From assembly GCA_047495785.1 (NCBI GenBank), contig JBLDXI010000003.1, positions 2,046,001-2,110,000 on the forward strand: a stretch of DNA of 64,000 nt, given 5' to 3'. The notes beneath the pieces are model-generated. The model did no database searches. It was not told the DNA's origin and saw only the letters and a list, made by a program, of their open reading frames with translations. Shown here piece after piece: positions 34,358 to 45,863 of this stretch. Each line of letters opens with the position of its first letter. Positions within the stretch are counted from its first letter, which is position 1. A program made the position numbers and the translations under genes. Origin of the DNA: Lepidodermella squamata. Taxonomy: Eukaryota > Animalia > Gastrotricha.

Positions 34358-36625
34358 TTATTGGCCTTTCTTTGGTCGGAACAGGATGCAAGTAGTGGTG
34401 CAGGATACCAAAACGCAGAATACCGAGAAGGACATAGATCGCATTAGAGGAGATGGCTGCACTAAAATGATGAGAAGACAAGCAATAGAGAGCGTGCCTA
34501 TATTTGAGACCATCAAACGGATCACATTAAGATCGGCATACGCCTTTAACTGCACGCTATTCCTTAACCCGTATCCCATTATGGCTAAGAACACGTGTGA
34601 TATGGAGTGAAGAGCAAGAATAAGCTTTTGGTAAAACGTCCTATTCTGATAGCAAATTTCCACCATACTGAAAAGTTCAGTATCTGTCATCGAATGGTAT
34701 TCCCTCGATACCAGGATATTTTTCACTATTGGGGTATCGACAATCAGCCAAACTCCAACGTAAAAAGCCGTAAATACCGAAACTGACAAAAACGATGCTT
34801 TCAGGAAACGGGTCGAAAGCTTTTCGTAGGTTGCTGGCCTGAATTTTGTAGTACTTCTTTTACGAGGTTCAAAGATTCCATTTCTACGTTGGTTGCATTC
34901 TTTCAGCCTCATTTTATGCTCAATCGAGTATTTCAGGTAATAATGGAAGCCAAGTCGCGATAATGGTTGGATCAAGACCATAGATAGCGATATAGCAGTG
35001 AGAATCTGACCAGCAACGCAAGTTCCAGATCCTGGCTGCAACAAGTTGAGAATCGCAACTATGTCAAGGAGCGTGAGACCTGTGAATGTAACAAAGTACC
35101 CCAACTTGCTGTCTCGAACACCAAAACCTTTACGACCCATTCGAATGACTAAAAATATCACGCGGGTAGCAAATGACACGACACTAATTGTAAAGACAGA
35201 CCATAAGAAAGCATCCGGAACTGTCAGGACTTCAGTCCTAACCCGCCTCCTATCAAGCGGAGGCTGCCTGTCTGCAGTATACCAAATGAGTTTGCTGACA
35301 AACTTTGTTATCACATAACTCTCCAGATTGGTCACCGAAGCATTTTCCTTCGGCTTGATGTAGTATCTGATTTGCCGCTTCGCCTCAGGGGTCCACTGGA
35401 CGACAACATACGTTTCGTCATCATGCTCCCCTCGCTCTGAGTATCTGAACAATCCAGCGAATCGGAAACCCTGAAATTCTGTCCTAGCTACAGACGCATT
35501 AACTGCACGAGAGACAGCTGCCGGCTCGCGACTGTAGTCACTTAGTGTCATATTTTGTTTGTTGAGCATGTTTTCAGCTGCGTCAAGTGACATTACCGCT
35601 TGAAGAGCTGCGTCATGGCAGATGGCTAGTTTATCCACATCCTGCATTTGCGATGCATTAACGACGTTTTCGTAGAAATCACTGGAAAAAGACGAAAAAT
35701 CCATGTCCAGAGACGATGTCAAACTCTGATCCTCTGTAGCGGAAGCCCAAGCAATCCAATAAACATGTCTCATTTGGTCTGAAATCGAAGACTTGCTGCA
35801 GCCAGGGTAAACGCCGTCAGAAATTTTTTCCGCGTCAACGTAAGACGATAAACTGAAGATGAAAGCGTATTTAGGTCCTGTTAGGCCGAATTTGATAGCC
35901 TGGCATAGGAGACGGATAAGTAATGTTGGGCCCGACACGACTATAAGTACTCTAGTATCAGATGCGACTAGATCCAGCATGGTTTTGTCATCGAAATCAG
36001 GAACACATGCGAAGAAAGAAACTTCAAATGAAAATTTAATAGCTTCAGTGGCGATATAGCTGCCAATGGTGTAGTCGTAAATCGAATTAGCAGTGGTTAA
36101 AACTCCAAATCTGGCCCATTTCCCAACCGATGAAATGAAGCGCAGGTAAGCATAGGTCACTAACTCACCGGTTCCTCGTAATCGATAGAAATTAGGGAAC
36201 CGATCTCGCTTAGCCGTAAGTTGGGGTGCACTACATCCTATGGCAGTTTGAACCATATTCAAGTGGTGTAACTGGGGCGCCATGGCAAGACACCCCGTAG
36301 CGAACCATCCGCCGACTATAAGCGGTGAGAGATGAGACTCATTGAAATTTCGATGAAAGCTGACAGCTGATTTCGGCATGTACACACCATTGGGCCCTTC
36401 ATCTTTGAAAACAGGCTGTAAATGATAATGAGGTAAGATGTCTGGCCTTGAGTTGATTTTGTTCAGAACTAGTTCAATGCTAGCTCTGCAAGCTTCCCCT
36501 CGCTTGGGCTCATCACCGGTTACCGGGATGAATGATAAAATCCGGAGAGTTTCTGGTTTCCCTTCAACTTCGAGTGGAAGTTGGAGCGAAAAAGCGATGG
36601 TTAAAATCCAAATTGTCTTATACAT
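34358..36625 (-). CDS. Class C GPCR, GABA-B-like, copy A7 (intronless; likely start MYKTIW at 36625)
   Basis: ORF 34358..36739; PVTGDEPKRGEAC, FPNFYRLRGTGEL and GEHDDETYVVVQWTP motifs; 7 TM. Confidence 0.92.
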   Translation of the reverse strand: MYKTIWILTIAFSLQLPLEVEGKPETLRILSFIPVTGDEPKRGEACRASIELVLNKINSRPDILPHYHLQPVFKDEGPNGVYMPKSAVSFHRNFNESHLSPLIVGGWFATGCLAMAPQLHHLNMVQTAIGCSAPQLTAKRDRFPNFYRLRGTGELVTYAYLRFISSVGKWARFGVLTTANSIYDYTIGSYIATEAIKFSFEVSFFACVPDFDDKTMLDLVASDTRVLIVVSGPTLLIRLLCQAIKFGLTGPKYAFIFSLSSYVDAEKISDGVYPGCSKSSISDQMRHVYWIAWASATEDQSLTSSLDMDFSSFSSDFYENVVNASQMQDVDKLAICHDAALQAVMSLDAAENMLNKQNMTLSDYSREPAAVSRAVNASVARTEFQGFRFAGLFRYSERGEHDDETYVVVQWTPEAKRQIRYYIKPKENASVTNLESYVITKFVSKLIWYTADRQPPLDRRRVRTEVLTVPDAFLWSVFTISVVSFATRVIFLVIRMGRKGFGVRDSKLGYFVTFTGLTLLDIVAILNLLQPGSGTCVAGQILTAISLSMVLIQPLSRLGFHYYLKYSIEHKMRLKECNQRRNGIFEPRKRSTTKFRPATYEKLSTRFLKASFLSVSVFTAFYVGVWLIVDTPIVKNILVSREYHSMTDTELFSMVEICYQNRTFYQKLILALHSISHVFLAIMGYGLRNSVQLKAYADLNVIRLMVSNIGTLSIACLLIILVQPSPLMRSMSFSVFCVLVSCTTTCILFRPKKGQ

Positions 36626-37032
36626 TTCAGGTGAAAAAATTGAAAAATAGTGCGAAAGGTCGTCTATCCCCATATGAGCGATAGGTATATGTAAATAGTC
36701 AGATTTCAGGAAATAATAAACAGACCTGATAAAGACCATGCTGCTCCAAACCTAGATGTCTCCAATCGGCACAAAGGATAGCTTATAGTGTCCATAGTCT
36801 GAGCGCAATCATCCTTCATATGTTTATTACTGTATTACCCAGGCTTTTTTGACTGCCATTACTGATGTGGCTTCATTTTACTATCTGGGTTGTGATCGAA
36901 AGAAAAGTGCAAACTTTGATTCATTAACAATTGAATGGATGAACCTGGCGAGCCAATTTTCTTACCACAGCTAGTTCTCAGGTTTGGCTAACGCCAGGTA
37001 AAATTTGACTCTCATTGGGTCGTTCAATGTGG

Positions 37033-37134
37033 CATTACATACATTACATACATACATACATTACATACATACATACATACATACATTACATAAATTACAT
37101 ACATTACACACATTACACACATTACAATTACATT
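37033..37134 (+). repeat. Compound (CATA)n/(CATTA)n microsatellite
   Basis: cattacatacattacatacatacatacattac... directly visible. Confidence 0.95.
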
Positions 37135-37382
37135 TTCCCTTCGATCACAACCCTGTATATCAATTTATCCTCCTGAAAGTGTTCACTAGTGCACTATTTT
37201 TCTGGTAATCCGCATCCTTGTTAGATGTTCCTTGTGGTAATATTAAAGATTTTTGGCAACAGCAACATCATTAAATTAATCCTGGTTTATTCTTGCAAAC
37301 ATCCATAGTGAATGTCGAATCATGAATCAACGCATCATTTTTATACAGTTATTATGGAATAGCTAGTACGTAAATTCAAAAC

Positions 37383-39782
37383 CTACGATTGCTCCACATT
37401 CTTTCGGTGAGTGAATAGGATAACGCTAGCGCATATCGATGTAACTGAAGTGAAGCAAGACAGCGCAATGGATTGACTAGCGGGCGAATTTCTGAGTAAA
37501 GCTACGACAAGCACGCAAGCCAGGAGAAGGGTCGTCAAATTGATAGTGGCAAGTCTGATTCTCACGAGATCCTTGTAGACTCTAACCTGCTGGCTGTTAC
37601 GAAGTGAGTAGCTGATAATTGAACTGAGCACCAGGAGAAGTGCATGGATGAGCGAAGGAACAATTACCCACGCTGTTTCAAAGCTGGAGCGGCACACAAA
37701 AGTATATACGATATGCAGGGTGTCTGTTTCTAGGTCATAATCCCCGCCAGGGTTTGTCAGCTCAGTTCGCTGCAGAAAGGGAGAATCAACCGTAAACCAG
37801 ATTGCAAGGTAGACTATGGTTAATATAGTGATTACGAAGAACCCTGCGAGAAACACAAGTTTCCGCTTTCGAATATAACGCTTAGGGTCGAGATTTTTCT
37901 TCCTTTCCGAAATTTGACTGTTCGCCGGTGATGCCGAAGTGGGCACGTTTTTACGACCTCTAGTTCCGAATCGCTTTCTTGACATCTTGATAGTCCCAGT
38001 AGTTTTGAAACTTGAACTGCTTTCATCAGGTACAATGCTGAAAGTTCCGATTGAGTAGTGGAATAAAAGCCTGATAAAGGTCTGGTTTTGAAGGAGTGTG
38101 ATGCCTAGTATAGGAAGGATTCTCTCGGCGAAGCAGTAAAGCTTTGACGTAAAATTGTCTGCCGGCAAAGCGAAGATGATCGCGGCAGAGTCAAGGGAGA
38201 TGCAACCCATCAACGACGTGATGGTGTCCCATGGGTAACCAAAGTTCCTAGTTCTGTCACCGGCAAAAACCTCGTTGAAAATACCTCGAAATGACGCAAT
38301 TTTGAAAACGAAAGTCGAACAAGACAACGCGACAATGAACCAAAGGAATGCTATGGGAACAGACTTGTTTTCAATGCTGAGAGACCATTTATCTTTCGGA
38401 GGTAGTCCATTCGAAGTGAACCATGTGGGCTCGGCAATAAATTTTCTAATTCTATAGCTGTCCATGTTGAAAACGGAATCGCCCTCTTTTGGTTTGATGA
38501 ACATCAGAAATTGGCGTTTCTTTTCAGGAGTCCATTAAGCCACAACATAAGTTTCGTCATCATGCTCACCTCTTGCTGAATACTGAAAATTTCCAGCAGT
38601 TCTGAGGCCTTTGTAGACTGTCTTGAAAACAGTTTCATTCAACACCCTCATAATCAACCTCGGCGTTATTTTGTAGTTTCTCAGCGATGTGTTGTGTTCT
38701 TCTTTTAGAATAGCTTCAGTGGCATTAAGAACTAACGCAGCTTGAAGGGCGGAATCGTGGCATATCGCTCGCTTCTCATAGTCGAGAAGGACAGTAGCAT
38801 TAGTCCCGACGTATTCGTTGAAAATGTCCGTGAACTTGGTGTAGTTATAGTTAAGCGTCGAAATCTCGCTAGGTTCGTCCGTCTCAGAAGTAGCGGCCAC
38901 CCAAAATGTGTACTTCATCTGTTCTCTAACGACCGCTTTCGAGCAGTTGGGCATCGGCATGTCGGCTAGATTGTCCGGGTTGAAGTACGAGCCGTAATTC
39001 ATCATGAATGCGTATTTGGGACCGGTCATTCCTGCTTTATAGGCGACGCACAAAAATCTGATCAATTGGGTCGACGAGCTAACAAAAACCACCCGGGTGT
39101 CTGTCTTAATCAAGTCAGAAATCGCATTATCGTCAAAATCGGTAACAAATCCGAGGTAAGAAACTTCGAAGCCATTGCGATTTGCTTCTGTTGACATGTA
39201 TAACGCCATATCGTAATCGAATGCGCTTGTTGCATCGGCTAGAATTCCAAAACGCTGCCATTTCCCATAGTCTCGCATGAATCTGAGCTGAGCATACGAC
39301 AAAAGTCTGCCAATTCCTCTTAATTTGTACAAGTTTGGGTATCGATCTCTTTTTGCCTCTAGGAGAGGACTGATACAACCAGTGGCAGTGTGCACCATAT
39401 TGAGATGATGAAGTTGAGTTCCCCCAGAAACACAGCCAGGAGTATACCATCCCCCTATCATGAATGGGGATTGATACACCCGACTGTTTGGTGGTTGTTC
39501 TTCGAATTTTCGCACGAAATCAACCGTTGCTTTTGGCACGTTGCGCCCGAGTATCCCTTCATCGACGAAATAGGCTTCGATACTGAATTCCGGCAGAATG
39601 TCCATCCTTCGATTAACCTCTCTGAAGACCAACTCAGTTGCAGCCATGCAGGACAGCCCTTTCCGCGGTTCGTCCCCGGTCATTGGTATTATAACCATAA
39701 CTTGCAATGAATTACTTTGTCCCATGTCTCCTTGGCCCATGGTAGATATAACCAGAGCGAGAATTAAAAATGCTGAAAGCAT
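37383..39782 (-). pseudogene. Class C GPCR copy A8 with a single in-frame premature TAA (38537-38535)
   Basis: ORFs 38535..39782 and 37383..38504 are in the same frame. It reads YVVA*WTPE where paralogues have YVVVQWTPE. No other lesion seen. Confidence 0.8.
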
Positions 39783-40374
39783 GACTGAAACTTCCTGCTC
39801 AATTTTAGCAACGCTAATAGTTGTTAAAGCTTCTTGATAATTCGAAAACTGTATACTGTTTCTATCGAAACTAATTAATGGAAAGCAGTTATAAGTTTCG
39901 ATTCAACGCAGAGTGCTTCCGCCTCGACGCGGAACAAGGAATTAGGAAATTGCGGAGTCACATTTTCAGACGCATTACAGCGACTTGGAATTTTTTGTTG
40001 GAACAGAAGACAGAATGCGTTGGAGGCATTTTTTCTCCTGTCCAGTGAACTGCCTGCGCAAAGCTGAATGTCCTTCAAGAGCTGAAAGCTAGCATTTACG
40101 GTCTATCCGGAATTCACTCTGCCTGAGGGATACGGTCTTGAGTGCATCCGTTCCCAGACGTAGCCTTTCGAATCGTAATTGTTCCGTCTTGATTCTTTCC
40201 TATTCATGGGCGTCTGTCTCGGTTCAAATTATGCTCACCAATCTACACCCCGTGTTTATGCCTGAATTTCAACGTCAGTGCATCAGTGCTTCTGTCTTCT
40301 TCCGCTTGGCTATAAAATCCAGTTATTGAAAAATCTGGCGTATGACGCTAGCTTTGAAGTCTTCAATTTATTCC

Positions 40375-41124
40375 TCAGAATAATCCTTGCTTGAAATTTA
40401 AACATGAATTCAAGCAAACAGCTTTTGAAGCAAAGACATTGTTAGCAGCCCCTCGAATCTGAGACTGCCAACATACGTTAGTCTCAACACAATCATTCAA
40501 AACAGTGTTGTACCTATAAACTAGAATAGTCTCATCACAAAGCGATGAAGATAATCCATCCATATTCGTACAGTCATTGATTGGCCGGTGTTGAAGATTA
40601 GATGGAAAATTGATAGTCTGGGTCAAGTCAATTACGCATTTTGGGGGCTTAGTCCAATAATTGTCGGGTTTACAAAAGATAATTCCATCACCATCAATCA
40701 TTCGCCGTAAGTTGACACATTCATAAATCGCAAATTCGACCCCTCTACGTGACATTTGAGCGTTGTACAATGTTGCAGATGCTCCTTCTACATAGGGAGG
40801 CTCGCCGCATGATCCACCTTAAAACATATAATATTTCAATCAATTTATCAAATAGAGAATAATACTCTTACCTGGGTATGGAGCTCTCACTAATCTCGCA
40901 TCTCTATCGATCGCCGATGTCGGGAAAACTGTTGGCCAAGTGAAGTAAACTGGGGTGCTTGTGGTAGGATGGGTCAGCAACAATCTCCCGAATGGGCCGA
41001 TAGTTTTATCGAGATCAACATTGTTATTACCGTATCGGTTGATGACTGGGTCATAAATTTGAGGCTGAAGTAAGGCTAACTGACAAAAGAGCGAGGACGA
41101 AAGAATTTCTAGAATGAAACGCAT
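40375..41124 (-). CDS. Secreted Sushi/CCP + Kunitz-like domain protein (231 aa; exons 41124-40872, 40817-40375)
   Basis: Signal peptide and Thr/Pro-rich linker. CCP-like segment CGEPPYVEG..YEC..IFCKPDNYWTKPPKC; Kunitz-like segment C..C..YRYN..C..C..NNVFASKAVCLNSC. 54-bp phase-1 intron. Confidence 0.78.
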
Positions 41125-41489
41125 TTTTTGAAAAAGAGGTTTGGGGTAGCCGTTCTGGGTATTTTATTGTGTACTGCGAGGTAAACAGACCCCAATAGGT
41201 TTTGTTGTTATTTTGTGGTGTGACACGATGTAAGCAAGAAAAAACTGCTTATCCTCGCGCGGCCGCAATGAGAATAAACAGCAGTAAGTGCGTGACAACA
41301 AAAATGCACTGCAAGCTTTAGTTGAACTAGTTACTTTGTTAAATTTTCTCATGAGGCCATTTTCGAGGCGTAAATAATAGAATCGCACCTGTCAAGACTG
41401 AGGAAAAGAATGCAAATAGGCAGACAAAGCAGTGGATTTAACCGAAATTCCGTGTGAATTACCGGATAAGGGGAGGGGGAGGTGGGGGC

Positions 41490-41590
41490 TAAGAAACTAC
41501 AGGGGGAACCTTTGGTCAGATAAATTCTGGGCTGAAAATACCCATGAGTACCTCGAGGATCCTGGGTACTTCGTACGACTGGGTGGCAAA
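41490..41590 (-). repeat. Degenerate interspersed repeat; related copies at ~49236-49275 and ~50214-50295 (the latter in opposite orientation)
   Basis: ggtcagataaattc..g.tgaaaatacc is shared with ~49244. The reverse complement acccagtcgtacgaagta..ggatcctcga..ggtatttt..tgaccaaaggttccccctgt matches 50214-50288. Confidence 0.6.
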
Positions 41591-41797
41591 GTATCCACAA
41601 TGACCTGGGCAGAGGCGGGGCCGACTCAGGGTACGGCTTAGGAAATTCAGCATTCAGCACCTAGTTTTTTCACTCGCATTTCATCTTGCTTCGAATTCAT
41701 TTATTTTCTGTCATAGCTGCATTGAAAAGCATGCAAAAAATCTATGTATAGCGCTGTCACCAAATTGTCTTTTCGATCAACGAAAGACTGTAGTTAT

Positions 41798-42668
41798 TTA
41801 AGGATTTGCGGCGATATTCTTGATAATCCAGTCGTAGAAGTAGCTTGTCTTGCCGAAGACAGGCGGGCGGGGTCCGGCGCAAGAGCTTTCGCCGAAGGAA
41901 ACGAGACCGACAAGGGATGCGGCTCCGTCAGCACCGGTGAGGGTCAACGGACCACCAGAGTCGCCAACACAAGGGGCCGAGTCAGTGTTCTCAGCGCAGA
42001 CCATCGAGTCGTGCCAGAGGGATCCCTGAAAATTCAAAAAATTGCGACACGCCACACTTATATTGGGTAGAACTTACCCAGAAGCCCTTGCAGTAGCTAG
42101 CAGATCGGCCGTAGATGGTGGTCCACTGGGCGATTTGAGGGTAGACCCTCGGGACGTTGAGTCCAGGGTTGGTGTTGCCCCAACCAGCAACAACAACAGG
42201 CTTCTGATCGACCTCAGTCTCAGCGGTCGGGATGCAGACGCGGTTGACGTAGTTGCTGTTGAAGTTGATCTTGCTGCTGAGCTTCATCAATCCAACATCG
42301 TAGCCACGGCCGACCTTGCCATACATCTCGTGCTTGATGACCTTGGAGACCTTGATAACCTGAGCATCAGGATCGACAGCCTTCGCCGAGTTGTTCACGG
42401 CGCCCAAGCGGATCTGGTACGTTGAAGCCGAGCTGGTCAGGCAGTGAGCAGCAGTTATGATCCACTGGTCGTCGATGATCGAGCCGCCGCAAGAATGGCT
42501 ACCGCTAAGCGATTGCATGGAGATGAGCCATGGGAACTGGCCTTTCTGCGCATTTATGCCGCCGATGATGCGGGAAATCGGCACTTTAGTCTTACCGCAG
42601 CCTGGCTCGTTAATAGCAGCCGAAGCGCATGCGACCAAACAGGCCGCGATTACAATAGTGACCTTCAT
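41798..42668 (-). CDS. Secreted S1A serine protease (chymotrypsin/elastase-like pocket; intron 42077-42026)
   Basis: Signal peptide, R|IIGG activation site and TAAHC, YDVGL, GDSGGP triad motifs. Residue 189 is Ala rather than Asp. Confidence 0.95.
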
Positions 42669-43132
42669 TCAGCTAACAGGAAATTCGAGTTAATAACTTC
42701 CCCGTGGCTTTATCGATGGCTTAAATAGCAACAGTTTTTTTGCAGGGCGTGAACCCGGCCTTATCTCACGCCGGTGTGGAGTGGATTCAAGTGCGTTTCC
42801 TTTTTTTATAACACCTTAACTGATCTTGCCGTAGTTTATCTCACGCCGCTTGGCTCGAGGCCAAACTGTTAATTGCACGGCGGTCGATTTTTTATCGCTC
42901 GAACCACGTCTGAATCGTGAGGAAATGGCCCCTTTTTGGTAAAAAAAAAAGCCGGCAGATAAGGTTTGATTTCATTAAATACCCAATTTACGTCACCCGC
43001 GTAGTTCGTGGCTTGGTTTTTGAGGACCTAATTGGACATGACACGAATCGTACTTTGAAATGCTTTCCCACGAAAGCTTAGTCGTGTGATATGGTTCTTT
43101 ATTCATGAGAAGAGTTTTAACATAATAGTTTA

Positions 43133-45448
43133 CTATTGATCTGCAGACTGAACTTTGTTTCCTTCCCAGAAAAGAATCACACCAGTCATGCAAGAAATTA
43201 GGAGGGAAAACGATCCGAGCGCTATTCGTTGTTGCAAAAATTGCGAATTCAGTAGAACCGCAATTAAAACGCAGCCGAAAAGCAGAGTCGTAACGTTAAC
43301 CACGGCTAATCTGATATTTCGCAAGTCAGAATACGATTGGTGTTCGTCACTGTTTCTCAGGCTGAATGATAGGCAAGTAGAAATACCGAATAGAGCCAAA
43401 TGAATTGCAGTTATAACGAAAATCCATATCGTGTCGAAGTTGGATTTGCATACGTTAATTGTCACTATATTATAGCTATCAGTTTCATTGTTGTAGTTAC
43501 CCGTCTTAGCAGTTACGAACTCTATTGCTGAATGTGGTTGGTCATACAAGAACCAAATCAAAAGATATGCAATGGTAAGAACCGATGTAGCGATCAAGCT
43601 AATGATGAAATGAAGTTTGAGCTTCTTTCTTGGGAGTAATGAAGCAATCAATGTATTCTGCGGTCCTACTGAGTTCACACTTGAGATTGAAAACCCTTTA
43701 GCCATTTCGGACCTCATAACCGTGGCTCTTGTGCTTCTGTAATACCGATGTACCTCACGAGGCTGCCGATAGTGGAATAAGAGACGGGTGAAAAACTGAT
43801 TGTGATAGAGCCCGAGGCCAACAGCTGGAATTAACCGCTCGAAAATGCAGAGAAAGTTCGATTCTTCAGTCATCATCATGAGAATACCGCTGACATTCAA
43901 AAAACAGCTTCCAAGAACGAAGGCAAGTCTATCTATTGCAACGCCAACCTTTCCAACCTTTCCTATGAAACTGACAAGCTGGAAAATCGAGTTCGCCACT
44001 GCTATCGCGATTGCTGAGTAGAAGCCCGCATTTCCCACCCCAGCTTGCTCTGTAATTGTAAGCCATTTGTCACGAGGCGAAGTTTTTTCCGGTGTGAACC
44101 ACGCAGGCGAATTTTCTCGAATCGTAATGCGATAGCTTGAGAGGTTGTAAAAAGAAGAGCCATCCAGCGGTTTTATGTAGACGAGGGTGCGGCGTTTCAA
44201 CTCAGGTGTCCATTGCACGACTACGTAAGTTTCATCGTCATGCTCAGCTCGCGAAGAAAATTCAAATTTCCCACCGGTTCGAAGCCCGACAAACTCAGCT
44301 TTTGCCACAGACATATTTACTACGGAAGAGATAAGGTCTGGACTATTCTGGTAATCCATTAGGCTCATGTTGCGCATCTGTTTAATAGTTTCCTCGGCGC
44401 CGTGTAGGGCAAACGCTGTAATAAGAGCTGAGTCATGGCACAAGGGTCGTTTGTCGAGGTCGGACAACGATGCACTCATATTTCCGACAAATCCCTCGAA
44501 AATAGCATTAAATTGATTCAAATTATACCCTAGGGATGAATTGGCTGAAGGATTCTCAGTGGCAGTCGCAAGACCAACCCAATAGGTAATCCTTACTTGC
44601 TCCCGCACCATATCTCTCGTGCATTCAGGCATAACGATTTCAGCCAATCTATCAGAGTCTGTGAATGAACTTGTGTTGATGATGAAAACATAACGCGACC
44701 CTCTGATTCCGAATTTGAAGGCCTGACAGAAGAATTTGAGCATAAGTGGTCCCACGCTAACCACAAAAACTCGCGTGTCTCGCTCCAACAATTCAGCCAT
44801 AACCTGATCGTCAACATCTACAACACTGTTGAAGTAGGAAATTTCGAAATTTAGTTTAACAGCTTCGTTGTAGAGAAATATAGCCAGGGTGTAGTCGAAC
44901 AAGTTACTTGCTCCGGTCAGAATCCCGAATCGCCTCCATCTGCCGATGCTTTCGATAAAACTGAGTTGAGCGTAGCCTGCCAACTCGCCAGTTCCTCTTA
45001 GACGATACAAGTTCGGGTACAAATCACGCCTAGCCGTTAATTGAGGAGCAGTGCCTCCCATAGCTACTTGGACAAAGTTCAATTGGTGTATGAAGGTCGC
45101 CATAGCTTTGACTCCAGGTGTGAACCAGCCTCCGATGAGAATAGGGGATACAAGTGTCGATGAGTTCTGGAAGCTTCGATAGAAAGTCACAGTCGACCTA
45201 GTCATCAGTTGGCCATTAGCTCCTTCATCCATGAAAACTGGTTCAAGTTTAAAGCTTGGCAAAATATCGCTGCGGCGGTTGACAAGGTCGAAAACCACCT
45301 CGACAGCAGCTCGACATGCCAGGCCTCGTCTTGGCTCATCACCGGTGAAGGGGATGAAAACACCAACCTGTAAACTCGTCTTTTTCTCAAATGCACTCAA
45401 AAGTCGAAGTTGAAGAAGAGCAAAAATTGCTGTATTTATTGACTTCAT
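43133..45448 (-). CDS. Class C GPCR, GABA-B-like, copy A9 (771 aa, intronless)
   Basis: Signal peptide, PFTGDEPRRGLAC, YPNLYRLRGTGEL and AEHDDETYVVVQWTP motifs, 7 TM. Confidence 0.93.
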   Translation of the reverse strand: MKSINTAIFALLQLRLLSAFEKKTSLQVGVFIPFTGDEPRRGLACRAAVEVVFDLVNRRSDILPSFKLEPVFMDEGANGQLMTRSTVTFYRSFQNSSTLVSPILIGGWFTPGVKAMATFIHQLNFVQVAMGGTAPQLTARRDLYPNLYRLRGTGELAGYAQLSFIESIGRWRRFGILTGASNLFDYTLAIFLYNEAVKLNFEISYFNSVVDVDDQVMAELLERDTRVFVVSVGPLMLKFFCQAFKFGIRGSRYVFIINTSSFTDSDRLAEIVMPECTRDMVREQVRITYWVGLATATENPSANSSLGYNLNQFNAIFEGFVGNMSASLSDLDKRPLCHDSALITAFALHGAEETIKQMRNMSLMDYQNSPDLISSVVNMSVAKAEFVGLRTGGKFEFSSRAEHDDETYVVVQWTPELKRRTLVYIKPLDGSSFYNLSSYRITIRENSPAWFTPEKTSPRDKWLTITEQAGVGNAGFYSAIAIAVANSIFQLVSFIGKVGKVGVAIDRLAFVLGSCFLNVSGILMMMTEESNFLCIFERLIPAVGLGLYHNQFFTRLLFHYRQPREVHRYYRSTRATVMRSEMAKGFSISSVNSVGPQNTLIASLLPRKKLKLHFIISLIATSVLTIAYLLIWFLYDQPHSAIEFVTAKTGNYNNETDSYNIVTINVCKSNFDTIWIFVITAIHLALFGISTCLSFSLRNSDEHQSYSDLRNIRLAVVNVTTLLFGCVLIAVLLNSQFLQQRIALGSFSLLISCMTGVILFWEGNKVQSADQ

Positions 45449-45863
45449 TTCTCGTGGCCAATTATATTGGATTATGAGAAATCGTGGGGAGTTTTATAGC
45501 ATAGAATTCTGCATGACATCGCACAACAGACACACATCCTCTGTAGACGTTTCAATCGGAAGTCACGTTCAGAAATACGCGTGGTCGTGATCATAATATG
45601 GACTGAATAATATACTCATCTCGAAGTTTCTAAAATGACTTTCAGCATGATACTGCTTTCAACATGCTTGCAATATTTGAAAGTTTTAAAGTTATTAATA
45701 AAATTGTTGACCTGAAGTGGTGCAACCTGAATATCTCAGTTGTTAAATTTTTACGACTGAACGGTGAATTGACGTCAATAATCGATTTACTATCAAGATT
45801 TTTATTGTTCGATTTCGCTTTGAGCGGTGTTGGTAATTAGCTGGCAATATTTTCTCCGATCTC

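Noticed and set aside
37005-37208. His/Thr-rich ORF
   Set aside because: Translation of a microsatellite.
38535-38537. TAA=Gln genetic code reassignment
   Set aside because: Other genes (A2, A3, A4, A7, protease) terminate normally at TAA.
41744-42728. Antisense ORFs over the protease, receptors and nompC
   Set aside because: Shadow frames of codon-biased real genes.
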